Assembly (NCBI GenBank): GCA_950097015.1
Contig: CATNEN010000014.1
Span: forward strand, 62,001-126,000
Reading direction: 5' to 3'
Source of the DNA: Macrostomum hystrix
Taxonomy: Eukaryota > Animalia > Platyhelminthes
DNA length: 64,000 nucleotides
The position numbers were made by a program, and so were the translations under genes. The notes below the pieces were generated by a model, which saw nothing but the letters and a program-made list of their open reading frames with translations, made no database searches and was not told the DNA's origin. Positions 45,462-57,422 of the stretch are shown here, piece after piece; positions within the stretch are counted from its first letter, which is position 1; every line of letters begins with the position of its first letter.

Positions 45462-48400
45462 TGACTTACTTGACTTAGCGGCAGGGAGCCTCCATGACGG
45501 ACGCAGCGAGGAGGCGGCCGGTGCCGCCCATATCGCTAACCCCTGGCAGCCGGACGGCCTCCAGCGAGGCGGTGCCGCTCAGGGTGGTCCGTCGGTCGGT
45601 TCCGCCGCGCGATCCCCCTCGCCATAGGCTGGGAAGAAATCAGCTCGGCCGGTGTCCCGAAGGAAGTGGGCGAGCTGTGGAATGTTCTCGGACAAGCAGG
45701 CTTCGACAAGGGTCGGCGCCGGCCCGAGATGTTTTAGCCTTGCCCGGGTGAAGGCCGGGCAGTGGCAGATGAAATGCTCGGCGTTTTCGCGTCCGGAGCA
45801 GCAGAAGGGACACGGTTCCTCCGGCACGTGGCCTTGGAGGTAGCGGTGTCTGGTGAAGCAGCCATGTCCCGAGAGGCCATGGTGGCTGCTCTCAGGTCTC
45901 TGCGATTTAGCCTAAGTAAGGCTTTACGCAGGTTACTAGAGGGGGTTGGCACCGCAGCCCTGGACTGGCGACAGTTCAGGGTGCAAGACCACCTCCTCCG
46001 GTGTTGGGTCTCCATCCAGCGGTTGATGTTGGAGTTGACCACAGAAACGGGGATCGGGGCCTCCGGGCCCGGGCCCAACAGGGAGCTGGCTGCGCCAGCC
46101 TTTGCAAGCTGGTCCGCCATCTCATTCCCTGTGAGCCCGGCGTGCCCAGGGATCCACATCAGCTCCACCTTGTTAGACTGTGCCAATCCGTTTAACTGGG
46201 TGTGGCAGTCTAAGGTGGTTCTGGAGCGAGAGGTGCAGCGGCTGAGGGCCTTGAGAGCTGCTTGACTGTCGGAGTGAAAGAAGATCCTTCGTCCAGTCAG
46301 CTGCCTCTGGCGCAGTTCAGCCGCACAGAGACTGATGGCGAGCATTTCGTTTTGGAAAACGCTAGAGCTCTTGCCACAGTGTTGGGAGTGGGTCCAGAGG
46401 ACCTCACCACCCGAGGCGACGCACACTCCGAATCCCGATTTGCCGTTCATCAGAGAGCCGCCAGTGTAGCAGTGGACCGCTGGGTCATCATAGTAGTCCT
46501 TGACCTCATTGCGAGGGAGGATGCTAACCTTGTACCTGTGGCTCCGTAGTAAAGTGGCCGGGGCCCCGTCCGAGAGGATGGTGAGCCCTCCACACTCGCC
46601 CAGAGTTTTCAGGCAAAGGTCTGAGTGAGGCAGAAGGGAGCGCTTCGGGAGGGCTCGCACGTTCTGGAAGGAGATCCCCGCATCTAGAAGACGCCGGATG
46701 GACTTGATAAAAATGTCAATGGGTGTAGCGTTGAGGAAGGCATTCATGCCTTCGAAGGGAGTGGAAGGTGGGGCGCCCAGCGTCATACGACAAGCTCTGC
46801 CCTGCACCCTATAGAGCGCCTCCAGGTTTTTCTGGATGCCCATGGCACCGGCCGGATGAGGCCAGCGTACGCAACGGACGGTCTGATGATCGCCGTGTAA
46901 ATCCACCAAAGGTTCTTGGGGGCTAGCCCCCAAGTGGTGCCCACTGCACGCCTGACTTGCGCCAGTATGGCCAGGGCCCTCTTGGCCTTTGTGGTGATGT
47001 GCGGGGTCCAGTTAAGCCTATGGTCTAGCAGGAGACCAAGGCATCTGACCTGCTTTTCCATGGCAATATTCTTGCCATAGAGAGTCAGAGGCTTAATGGT
47101 CCAGAGCAGTCTGCTGGTAAACATAACCGCAACGGTCTTGGACTCAGAGAGTCGGAGCCCGCATTGGTCCGCCCAGCGCACCGCCCTGTTGATAAAGCCC
47201 TGAATGAGGTCCCTGGTGGTTTCCGCCGAGGGGCCCGCGCAGATGGCGGTCACATCGTTGGCATATCCCACCTTCAGGACCGGGTCAGGACGAGTGCTTT
47301 TCAGCAGCTCATCCATGACAAGGTTCCACAGCAGCGGAGTAAGGACGCCGCCTTGGGGCCCTCCTTTTTGGACAGGTACAGAGAGCGACCTGCCATCGAG
47401 GTGGGCCACCACGTGGCGATGCCGGATCATGTACATGACCCAGCGAATGAGGTGGGGATGAGTGGCCCTGGAAATTAGGGCCCTCTCAAAGGCTTCGAAG
47501 ACAACGTTATCGAAGGCCCCCTCGATGTCAAGGAAGACGGCCAGCGAAACCACTGCCCAGCACTGCCTTCTCGAGAGTCTCCACGATGTGGTGGAGGGCG
47601 CTCTCCGTGGACCGGCCCGCCCGGAAGGCGTGCTGGTTTGGGGAGAGCGGAGCCCACCCTAGCTCTACAGTAAGAAGGCGCCAGAGCACCAGTCTTTCCA
47701 TGAGCTTGAGGCAGGTGGAAGTCAGGCTTATCGGGCGATAAGACTTGACCGATCGATAATCGCCTTTGGCGGGCTTCGGGATAAAGACGACCCGGGCTTC
47801 ATGCCACAGCGCTGGCACATAGCCCAGCACGATGCAGGCCCGTAGAAGTATGCAGAGGAGATGGAGGAAGCGGCCATTTTTAACCGCTTCATGCAGAAAG
47901 GCCGGATAGATACCATCTGGCCCAGGTGTTTTATAAGGGTTGAATGATTTTGCCGCGCGAGCGATGCGGTCATTCGTAACAAGTGACTGAGCCAGGCCCT
48001 GACCACCACGCGAGTGGTCGTCTGGGCCAAAGTGCGCCGGTACACTCGGGAAGAAATGCCCTAGCATGAGCTCGAGCGCTTCGATCGAGCCATCAGGCTT
48101 TTTGATCGACGAGAGCTTTGAGAAGCGGTCGTTGGTGAGCGCCTTTACCACGCGTGCCGTGGGCCGCGAGCCCTCGAGCCCTTCGCAGTATTGACGCCAC
48201 TTGTCCGCTTTTGCCCTTCTGACCCGGCCTTTAAACTCGTGGATAGCGCGAGTATAGGCCTCTTTGTCGTCGGGGTCGTGCGAGATTTTCAGCTTCCTCT
48301 GGAGAGCCTTAGCTCGACGTCTTAGGATTCCGAGCTCGGGGTTCCACCAGGGGCCGATTTTTTGCCTTTGCAGGCTTTTAGCGGGCAAGCCGTTTCATAG

Positions 48401-50071
48401 GCCTCAGTGATGACGCCGCCCAGCAGGGCAGCCACTTCATCCAGGTCCTGCGTGGTTGCCATGGCCATGGAGGGGTCGGAGTCCCGAAGGCCCTCATGCA
48501 GCTTTTGGCTGAACGTGGGCCAGTCGGTGTTTCTGACATTACGCCTCCAAATAGGCTTTTGCTTCTTATCGGGAGTACCGATGTTGAAGCGGATGAAACG
48601 GTGGTCCGAGAGTGAGCTTTCGGTCTCCCACACCTCCCACCCCAGCACCCTTGGGAGGATGCCGGGTGAGGCCAGGGTGACGTCCAGCACCTCGGCCCAC
48701 CGCCCATTGTCGAACGTGGGCGTGTTGCCCACATTGCAGAAGTTAAGAGGCGTGCGGCTAACGAAGGCCAGGAGCTCTTCGCCACGGGCATTAATTTTAG
48801 AGCTACCCCAATGGGTGTGATGTGAGTTCACATCTCCCGCGAGGAGCAGCTCAAAGTTACGTGCCCTGGCGAAATCGCAAAGGGTGACGAGGGTTGACAA
48901 CGGGGGCATCGCCTGCCAGGTAGGCGGATGCCACGAGGGTCAGCTTGTTGGGCACAATATGTGCAGATTGAATGACGCAGATGTCCCCGTTAGAAAGATC
49001 GGGTCTCATCCACGCATTTAAGGCTTTTGCAGCATAGATGAGATCTGGGGCGGACAGAGTCTTCCATGCAAAAGCAGTCATAGCCAGCAGGAATGTTACT
49101 TGGCTTGTTTTTCGATAACCAGGGCTCCTGCACAAGTACAAGGCCTGGCATCATGCGCTCTGTCGTGCGCATCAGATTGACTGACGCTGCCACGCAGTGC
49201 TGGGTGTTAACTTGCAGACATGATATCCCGGGGATCATCATGCAGGCAGAGGTCTACTTGGAGGGGACTCAGCCAGAAGGCGGTCCTCCTCCTCCGGGTC
49301 GACGTCGGTAGCCATGGGCTCCTCAGTGCCCCGGCCCCGAGCCAGAGGCGGGAACTCGACGGGGGTCAGCCGCCCAGTCCCCACCCCCGGCCCCGAGCCC
49401 AGGCCCAGAGTCTCCCTCAACCGATGCTAACAGCGCTCCCTGGGCCGTGGGAGGGGCGCTCGAAGGGCCCTGCTCGTTAGAGCTGGGCACCATAGAGGCC
49501 TCCCCCATAGCCCTTGGTTGCGGCGCCTGCCCCGGTGGGCCACCGCGCATCTCACCTCGGAGGTTCGCACCACCTCGGAGGCCCGCTGGAGAAGGCCCCG
49601 GCGCTTGATGGCGCGCGCGGAGCGATGCTCAGAGCTGCCGGCAATGGCGCGCTCTGGCCTTTTTTGGCGAGACGACTGGGCCCTGCCCCCGGTTCCAGCC
49701 TCGGGGTCCGAGGACCCTTCAGTGGCCGAAATGGTGGTGGGCCCGGTCTGACCCCGGGTTTTGTCGGCCTCGAAGGCGAAGATTTTGGTCTTCCACAGAC
49801 CGATGCAGATGTTTGCGCCATCTGGGTAACGGCGTGTCCATTGCTCGGACAGGGCCAGAATGGCGGTGAAGCCGGTGCCGTCGGGGCGCAGGATCGTGCG
49901 GTGCACGATTAGGCCCGCTGTCGGGAGCTCCCGGTTCATCGCGATGAGGCCCATGCGGAGGTCCTCAGCGCTAGTGACGACGCTTTTCGGTCGAAAATAC
50001 GGTGTCGTTTTGTCTGCGGCGGCTCGTTCTCCCGGAGGAAAGCGAGGTCGGCCGCCCAGCTCTGCGTGGGC
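45462..50071 (-). mobile_element. LOA/R1-like LINE (second subfamily), 5'-truncated in ORF1, frameshifted
   Basis: CLQVNTQH and GDVNSHH (APE); YRPISLTS, GGPQGGVLTP and YAND (RT); HSDSQAAL and WIPGHAG (RNase H); CPFC..HFICHC; tail ttgacttacttgacttagc at 45461. Confidence 0.92.
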
Positions 50072-50173
50072 TTGACTTACTTGACTTAGCGGCAGGGAGC
50101 CTCCATGACGGACGCAGCGAGGAGGCGGCCGGTGCCGCCCATATCGCTAAACCCTGGCAGCCGGACGGCCGCT
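50072..50173 (-). mobile_element. 99-bp second copy of the same LINE 3' end, fused head-to-tail
   Basis: 50072-50170 matches 45461-45559 with one mismatch. Confidence 0.92.
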
Positions 50174-50382
50174 CAACATGTTCAACAACCCATGCCAGCA
50201 AGTTCAAAGATTCTTACCGAAACTGAAAGTATTCTCGAGGTCTTCAAAGGAAAAGGAAGATAGATTAACACCGTAGACATTACTGTAGCAGCTTGAGCTT
50301 GTAGGAGAACTTTGACAGTTGAAAATTCTGTGGTTGAAACCACAGCAAACGAACTTATGGAGAAAAATACAACAGAGAGGGA

Positions 50383-50741
50383 TTGCCTCTCGCACCACGG
50401 CCCCTAAGTTCGATTCCACGGCGAGGCCACACCTATTTGGGGCGGAGCTGCGGAGAGAAGGCTTTGGGGCTTGTCGTGTAATTTACGCCCTTGAAGGCCA
50501 ACCTCAAAGACACAGTGAAATGTACGAGTACACTGCCTGACGATGAGAAAGTCATGGTGGATGTACACATCGATGCAGTGAGCGTATGCCCGCGTACAGT
50601 ATCTGTGTGCGTGTGTGCTCGTGCAGGAGTCAGCGAAATGGGCAGAATTGCCTCTCCTCGATGGCTACGGGTCTAAGTAGTGTCACCATGTGCCATGTGT
50701 GATGTACTATTGCCCACAGCCCTCCTGCAATTATTATTATA
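50383..50741 (+). mobile_element. tRNA-derived SINE, copy 2 (A box truncated)
   Basis: B box gttcgattcc at 50408, same body as copies 1 and 3, (ATT)n tail. Confidence 0.88.
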
Positions 50742-52180
50742 ATTGCCTGTGCAATAAAAAAATAAAGAAAGTTGAGACAAAACGATTTTTCCAGATCTCA
50801 GTTTTTAGCTTCATCTGACCTGCACAGATTTAGTGGGGTGACGAAAATTAATTTTAAATTCGAGTATCTGAGAGTGGACTCGCGAGTCTACAACTCCGAG
50901 ATGCGACTTGACAGAGCTCTGGAATCTGAGCTCTTGCTGGATATTGTTTCCTTCCAGGTCTGTTTTCTGCTTTATACAATAAAATTGAACTTAAGCGAAT
51001 AAATATTTCGATTTTTTGCTGGTAGATTTCAATTAAATCTAGATAAACGAAAAAATATTTTGCCAGCTCGTTTGAATGATATTACGAGCGTACATGCATG
51101 AATAGAATTTTTACTTGCTAATTGAATTAGAATTATGGATTAGATTCAGTAAACAAAATTATGAAAAATGGACGAGTTGGTTTAAATACAAGGATATAAA
51201 TTCACATTTCGCATTTCGCATTTCGATTTCACATTTTGGTAAGCTGATTGTTGGCCTATCTCAATTTTAATGGAAACGAAGTAAAGGAAAACTTTCGGCT
51301 AACGCTACTACGGCTACTGTAAATATAATATGAGAACTACACAACTTCAAGACCAGATTATTTAGCATAATTATTCGTTTATTCTATTCATTCATTTAGC
51401 TTTCATTTTTCTTCAATTTTCGACATTTAGTCTGTTTAGCTTTTGTTTTAGTAGAGAGTTTAAAATGAACTTAAACTGCAGTTTAACTTCAATTTAAGTT
51501 ATACTCGTACGCACCCATAGTTACTAACTATGTTCACAATTTTAATTCCCAGTAAAAAATGGTGTACAGAATTATATCAAGCCTTGCGACTAGTAATAGT
51601 ATAGTAATAGTATAGTAATATACTATTGTAATAGTATAGGGCCTAGCCTTATATATATAGACATATAGCTAGTCATTGACTCTAAATTATTAATCCTCTA
51701 AATAGTTAATCAATCCTCTCTTAATTTTCAAATGTTTTGTCTTTGTGAATCTGCATGTCTGTCTGTTATCTCAATATATTTTCCTAGAGTTCTCAGTTCT
51801 AGTAACTCAGCATTCATCATCAAAAGGAAATCAAAAATTATATTCCAAGAATGGCTAGGCCTAGGCCTATAGGGCCTAGCCTTATAGGCCTATTTTAATT
51901 ATGAAATTTATAACTTTAAGATCCCCAAAAGGCAGAAGTGTCACTCTGTCAGTTAAAATGAGTAGCTGCCATGTCCCTTCTATTGGCAAAAATTATTGAT
52001 TGAGTAAAATACTGACAACTTATCTATTTAGTATAGTTTCTGGTTGTTAGTAGTGTTCTAGGGGTAATTTAATATTCTAACAATCTAACATTTTATTTTC
52101 TTAATGCCACCAAAGTTGTCCTTGTGTTCTCTCTGTAATTATTAGTCCAAGGATATGATGTCACCAAAGTTGCTACAAGG

Positions 52181-52866
52181 CCATAGTCATAAAAGTGTGA
52201 GTGTGCGCCGGAACAATTTTTTGCCTCTCCCAAAATTGTGTAGGGCCTACTGTGTGCACAAAAACCCTTGTGTGTACCATGTACAAACACAAAAACCCTT
52301 ATGTGTGCCAATGTGCCCCCATCAATACCTGTCTTATGACAATAAAAGATTTTTTATAGCATAACAACAATTTTGTGCAACGTATTCTTTTCACTAAGCC
52401 CTACCCCTAAAATGTTTTTAATATTACTATCTGGTATAGACATTTAAAGAATACAGGCATACACAAGACAAGAGTCACAAGATGTCAATGAGATAAGATT
52501 ATTACGGCTGATATTGGTTATCTTATAAGAAATGTTGATCATTAAACTGGAAATAAAAATTTACAAGTTTTAAATTAAAAAATTATTTAAAAAACACAAA
52601 AAACCAAGCAAATGGCAAAAGAAAGTACAAAAAAGAAAATGAAAATATTAATTTTTTTTTGTAATTTTACAAGAAAAGAGTGTTATACCAGATAAAACAA
52701 GAAATAATGTATTTTAAAAAGTAGCCACTTACATCATTACATGGGTAATGCTATATGTGGTGCCTACGGCCATGCGCTAGTGTCCTCTGGTGTGTGCCAT
52801 ATGCACCAGAAATTTGTTAATTGGTGCCAGAAAATTCAGCACAAACTGCCACTTTCCTGACTACGG
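52181..52866. mobile_element. MITE, 686 bp, 8-bp TSD (hAT-like)
   Basis: TSD ctacaagg at 52173-52180 and 52867-52874; imperfect TIRs ccatagtcataaaagtg and cactttcctgactacgg; AT-rich non-coding interior. Confidence 0.65.
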
Positions 52867-53463
52867 CTACAAGGGTATTTTAATATAATGTCTAAGAAAT
52901 TTGAATAAAAATTCCACTAAGGTTATTATAAGCTTTCTTAGAATTAGTCTCTGTAAATGTAGTTTATGTTTGAGCAATAAAATCTGGGTAGTGTATTTAG
53001 TTAGTCTGGTTGCATATTTAGTTAGCTTGGGTATTGTATTTAGTTATTCTTGTAGCAAATTTAGTTAGTCAACATGTCATGTTTAGGTATTCTAGGTAGC
53101 GTGTTTAGTAATTCTGGCTGATTACTTTATCACTGTATGTTTCTGTATATTTATCAATACAGAAAATTTATAAAGACTAAAAGAACACTTCTGAGTATTG
53201 TATTCGAAGTTTGAATCAAACAAGGTAAATCAACCTTTCCTCATTCTAAGTCATCTATATTTATATTAAATTTTAGTCAAGATAGCAGAAAATCAATAAA
53301 AATGTGATTCTTGTAGTAAAGTAAATTGAATGGATTAATTCTTCAGAAACATTGGTTTTTAGTTGGTCAACTAGCATGTTTTGCCCCCCTTCGGGGAGCA
53401 GAAATATTTTAAATTCGTATTGTATATACTTTTTAGCAGCTGTATTTTCAGCTTTTTAATCCT

Positions 53464-55021
53464 ACAATGATCCCCCAGTTGACAATGTTCCCCCAGTTGA
53501 CAATAATCCTCCAGTTGACAATGATCCCCAGTTGACAATATTCCGCAAGTTGACGATGATCCCCCAGTTGACAATGATCCCCAAGTTAACAATGATCCCC
53601 AAGTTTAAAATGATCCCCCAGTTGACAATGATTCACCAGTTGATGATGATCCCCCAGTTGACAATGATCCCCAGTTTAAAATGATCCCCCAGTTGAGAAA
53701 GATCCACCAGTTGATGATGATCCCCCAGTTGATGATGATCCCCCAGTTGACAATGATCCACCAGTCGACAATAATTCCCCAGTTGACAATGATCCCCCAA
53801 TTGATGATGATCACCCAGTTGACAATGATCCCCCAGTTGATGATGACTCCCCATTGATGAAGATCCCCAGTTGACAATGTTCCCCCAGTTGACAATGATC
53901 CCCCAGTTGATGATGATCACCCAGTTGACAAAGATCCCCCAGTTGATGATGTTCCGACAGGTGACAATGATCCCCCAGTTGACAATGATTCCCCAGTTGA
54001 CAATGTTCCCCCAGTTGACAATGATCCCCCAGTTGATGATGATCCCCCAGTTGACAATGATCCACCAGTCGACAATGATTCCCCAGTTGACATTGATCCC
54101 CCGATTGATGATGATCACCCAGTTGACAATGATCCCCCAGTTGATGATGACTCCCCATTGATGAAGATCCCCAGTTGACAATGTTCCCCCAGTTGACAAT
54201 GATCCCCCAGTTGACAATATTCCCCAGTTTACAATGATTCCCCTAGTTGATAATGATCACCCAGTTGACAATCATCCCCCAGTTGACAATGATCCCCCAG
54301 TTCAAATTGATCCCCCAGTTGACAATTATCCCCCAGTTGACAATGATCCCCCAGTTGACAATGATTCCCCAGTTGATAATGATCACCCAGTTGACAATGA
54401 TCCCCCAGTTGACAATGATCCCCCAGTTCACAGTGATCCCCCAGATGATAATGAACCCCCAGTTGACAATGATCCCCCAGTTGACAATGATCCCCCAGTT
54501 TACCATGATCCCCCAGTTGACAATGATCCCACAGTCAACTGGGGCCATGATCCCCCAGTTGACAATGATACCCCAGTTGACAATGATACCCCAGTTTGCA
54601 ATGATCCCCCAGTTGACAATGATCCCCCAGTTGACAATGATCCCCCAGTTGACAATGATCCCCAGTTGACAATGATCCCCCAGTTGACAATTTTCCCCCA
54701 GTTGACAATGAAGCCCCAGTTGACAATGATCCCCCAGTTGACAATTTTCCCCCAGTTGACAATGATACCCCAGTTGACAATGATACCCCAGTTTGCAATG
54801 ATCCCCCAGTTGACAATGATCCCCCAGTTGACAATGATCACCCAGTTGACAATGATCACTCAGTTGACAATGATCCCCCAGTTGACAATGATCACCCAGT
54901 TGACAATCATTCCCCAGTTGACAATGATCACCCAGTTGACAATGATCACTCAGTTGACAATGATCCCCCAGTTGACAATGATCCCCCAGTTCACAACGAT
55001 CCCCCAGTTGGGCATGATCCC
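53464..55021. repeat. 18-bp minisatellite (cccccagttgacaatgat), roughly 85 units with 17-bp variants
   Basis: Direct reading. It explains the PVDNDP, QLTMIP, WGIIVN and GDHCQL ORFs. Confidence 0.97.
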
Positions 55022-56196
55022 CTAGTTTAGCCATGATTCAAACTCTGGTTTAGCCATGATTCAGACTCTGGTTTAGCCATGATTCAAACTCTGGTTGGCC
55101 ATGATTCAAACTCTGGTTTAGCCATGATTCAAACTCTGGTTTAGCCATGATTCAAACTCTGGTTGGCCATGATTCAGACTCTAGTTTAGCCATGATTCAG
55201 ACTCTGGTTTAGCCATGATTCAAACTCTAGTATAACCATGATTCAAACTCTGGTTTAGCCATGATTCAAACGCTGGTTTAGCCATGATTCTAACTCTAGT
55301 TTAGCCATGCTGATGATGATGTTTTTGCCATGATTCAGACTCTGGTTTAGCCATGATTCAAACCCTGGTGTAGCCATGATTTAGTCTCTGGTTTAGCCAT
55401 GATTCAAACTCTGGTTTAGCCATGATTCAGACTCTGGTTTAGCCATGATTCAAACCCTGGTATAGCCATGATTTAGTCTCTGGTTTAGCCATGATTCAAA
55501 CTCTGGTTTAGCCATGATTCAGACTCTGGTTTAGCCATGATTCAGACTCTGGTTTAGCCATGATTCAAACCCTGGTGTAGCCATGATTTAGTCTCTGGTT
55601 TAGCCATGATTCAAACTCTGGTTTAGCCATGATTCAGACAGTAGTTTAGCCATGGTTCAAACTCTGGTTTAGCCATGATTTAAACTCTGGTTTAGCCATG
55701 ATTCAAACTCTGGTTTAGCCATGATTTAAACTCTGGTTTAGCCATGATTCAAGCTCTGGTTTAGCCATGATTCAAACTCTGGTTTAGCCATGATTCAAAC
55801 TCTGGTTTAGCCATGATTCAAGCTCTGGTTTAGCCATGATTCAAGCTCTGGTTTAGCCATGATTCAAGCTCTGGTTTAGCCATGATTCAAACTCTGGTTT
55901 AGCCATGATTCAAACTCTGGTTTAGCCATGATTCAAGCTCTGGTTTAGCCATGATTTAGTCTCTGGTTTAGCCATGATTCAAACTCTGGTTTAGCCATGA
56001 TTCAGACTCTGGTTTAGCCATGATTCAAACCCTGGTATAGCCATGATTTAGTCTCTGGTTTAGCCATGATTCAAGCTCTGGTTAGCAATGATTCAAACTC
56101 TGGTTTAGCCATGATTCAGACTCTAGTTTAGCCATGATTCAGACTCTAGTTTAGCCATGATTCAAACTCTATTTTTGCAATGATTCAAACTCTGGT
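55022..56196. repeat. 23-bp minisatellite (ctctggtttagccatgattcaaa), roughly 50 units
   Basis: Direct reading. The variant aaccctgg recurs at 55361, 55453, 55568 and 56028, with spacings of 92, 115 and 460 bp (all multiples of 23). Confidence 0.97.
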
Positions 56197-56294
56197 GTGC
56201 TAAGATTTATGATATTTTATTTACGAAATTAAAAAAATAAATTAAAATAGTCTTCAATCACTACTGACTGACAATTAGTTTAAATGATTTTACG

Positions 56295-56373
56295 CAGTGC
56301 AGAGTCGAACCAGGGACACTTCGCCTTGCCTAGCCTAACCTATTCCTAGTGCCTACACATCGGCTATTCCGAC
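56295..56373 (-). pseudogene. Decayed tRNA-like sequence or tRNA-derived SINE head
   Basis: Minus strand gtcggaatagccgatgtg (A-box-like) and ggttcgactc (B box); no convincing cloverleaf. Confidence 0.3.
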
Positions 56374-57056
56374 TGTTGGTTAGTGGGTGCAGAAATCAGC
56401 CTTATAAAATGAATTCTCAAAGTTCTGGCTTTGTACAATGAAGTAAGAAAATAAAGTACACTCAGTCTCGCGGTTGGTTGTGTACATTTATTTCCAATTT
56501 GTCTCCAGAGTGCAGGCTTTAAATTCAATCAGCTAGGGGTTGTTGCGCAATTTGACGATGCAATTCTGATTCAGTGGCAGTGAGTAAAATTCTCAATAGG
56601 CCAAGATGTTTGACCTTTGAAAAGTCATGTTTTTCGAATATTTAATCCCTTTAGAAATAAAGTTAAGCTTAATAAAAATACGTGTATAATTGTCCCTATA
56701 TTTGGCATCTTTTGGTGAAGAAATGGTGAAAATCGGTTGAGCCGTTCGGGAGAAAATCAATTACAACCAAGCAACCATTTCATTTTTAGTATAGTGGAGG
56801 ATCTCAGTAGTCTGTTTGAAAACAGGACAGAGAGCTATGAAGGCTATGGAGGCTGTTTGTACATTCTAACTGCTGTCTGTTTTATAATATATTGTAAGAG
56901 GTTTACCACCATACTAGCTTCTTATGAGTATATTCTATAAATAGATAAGATGTGCACTGAGGTGTGTGGTGGGTTTGTTTAATTAGACTCAGTTAGTGAG
57001 CCTTTAGAACTAACTCTTACATTGTTCATTATTCAGAAAGTCACATGGTGGCAGCA

Positions 57057-57422
57057 AGGGGAGTCAATAGCAGAGTGGTTAATGCATTTGCCTCTTGCAC
57101 CACAGTCCCTAAGTTCAATTCCATGGCAAGGCCTTATTCATTTGGGGCTCAGCTGTGGAGAGAAGGCTTGGGTGCTTGTCATGCAATTTCCTCACTTGAG
57201 GCCCAACCTCCAAGGCACAGTGAAAGTGTACACTGCCTGACAATGAGAAAGTCAGGGCAGATGTACACACCTGTGTGAGCGTATGCCTACGTACAGGTAT
57301 CTGTGTGCGTGTGTGCTCAGGAGTCAGCGAAACGGGCAGAATTGCCTCCTCACTGGCTGCGGGTCTAGTGTCACCAAATAGTGTGCCATTGCCTGCAGCC
57401 CTCCTGCAGTTATTTATTATAT
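57057..57422 (+). mobile_element. tRNA-derived SINE, copy 3, inserted at the PBS of the Gmr1-like element
   Basis: A box tagcagagtggttaa, B box gttcaattcc and a TTA-rich tail. 10-bp duplication atggtggcag at 57045-57054 and 57423-57432. Confidence 0.85.

Noticed and set aside
53605-55034. Long repetitive ORFs (PVDNDP, QLTMIP, WGIIVN, GDHCQL) as proteins
   Set aside because: They are open in several frames on both strands only because the 18-bp unit is a multiple of 3; there is no unique coding flank or splice context.
53464-56196. CRISPR array
   Set aside because: The units are contiguous with no unique spacers, there are no cas genes, and the context is eukaryotic.
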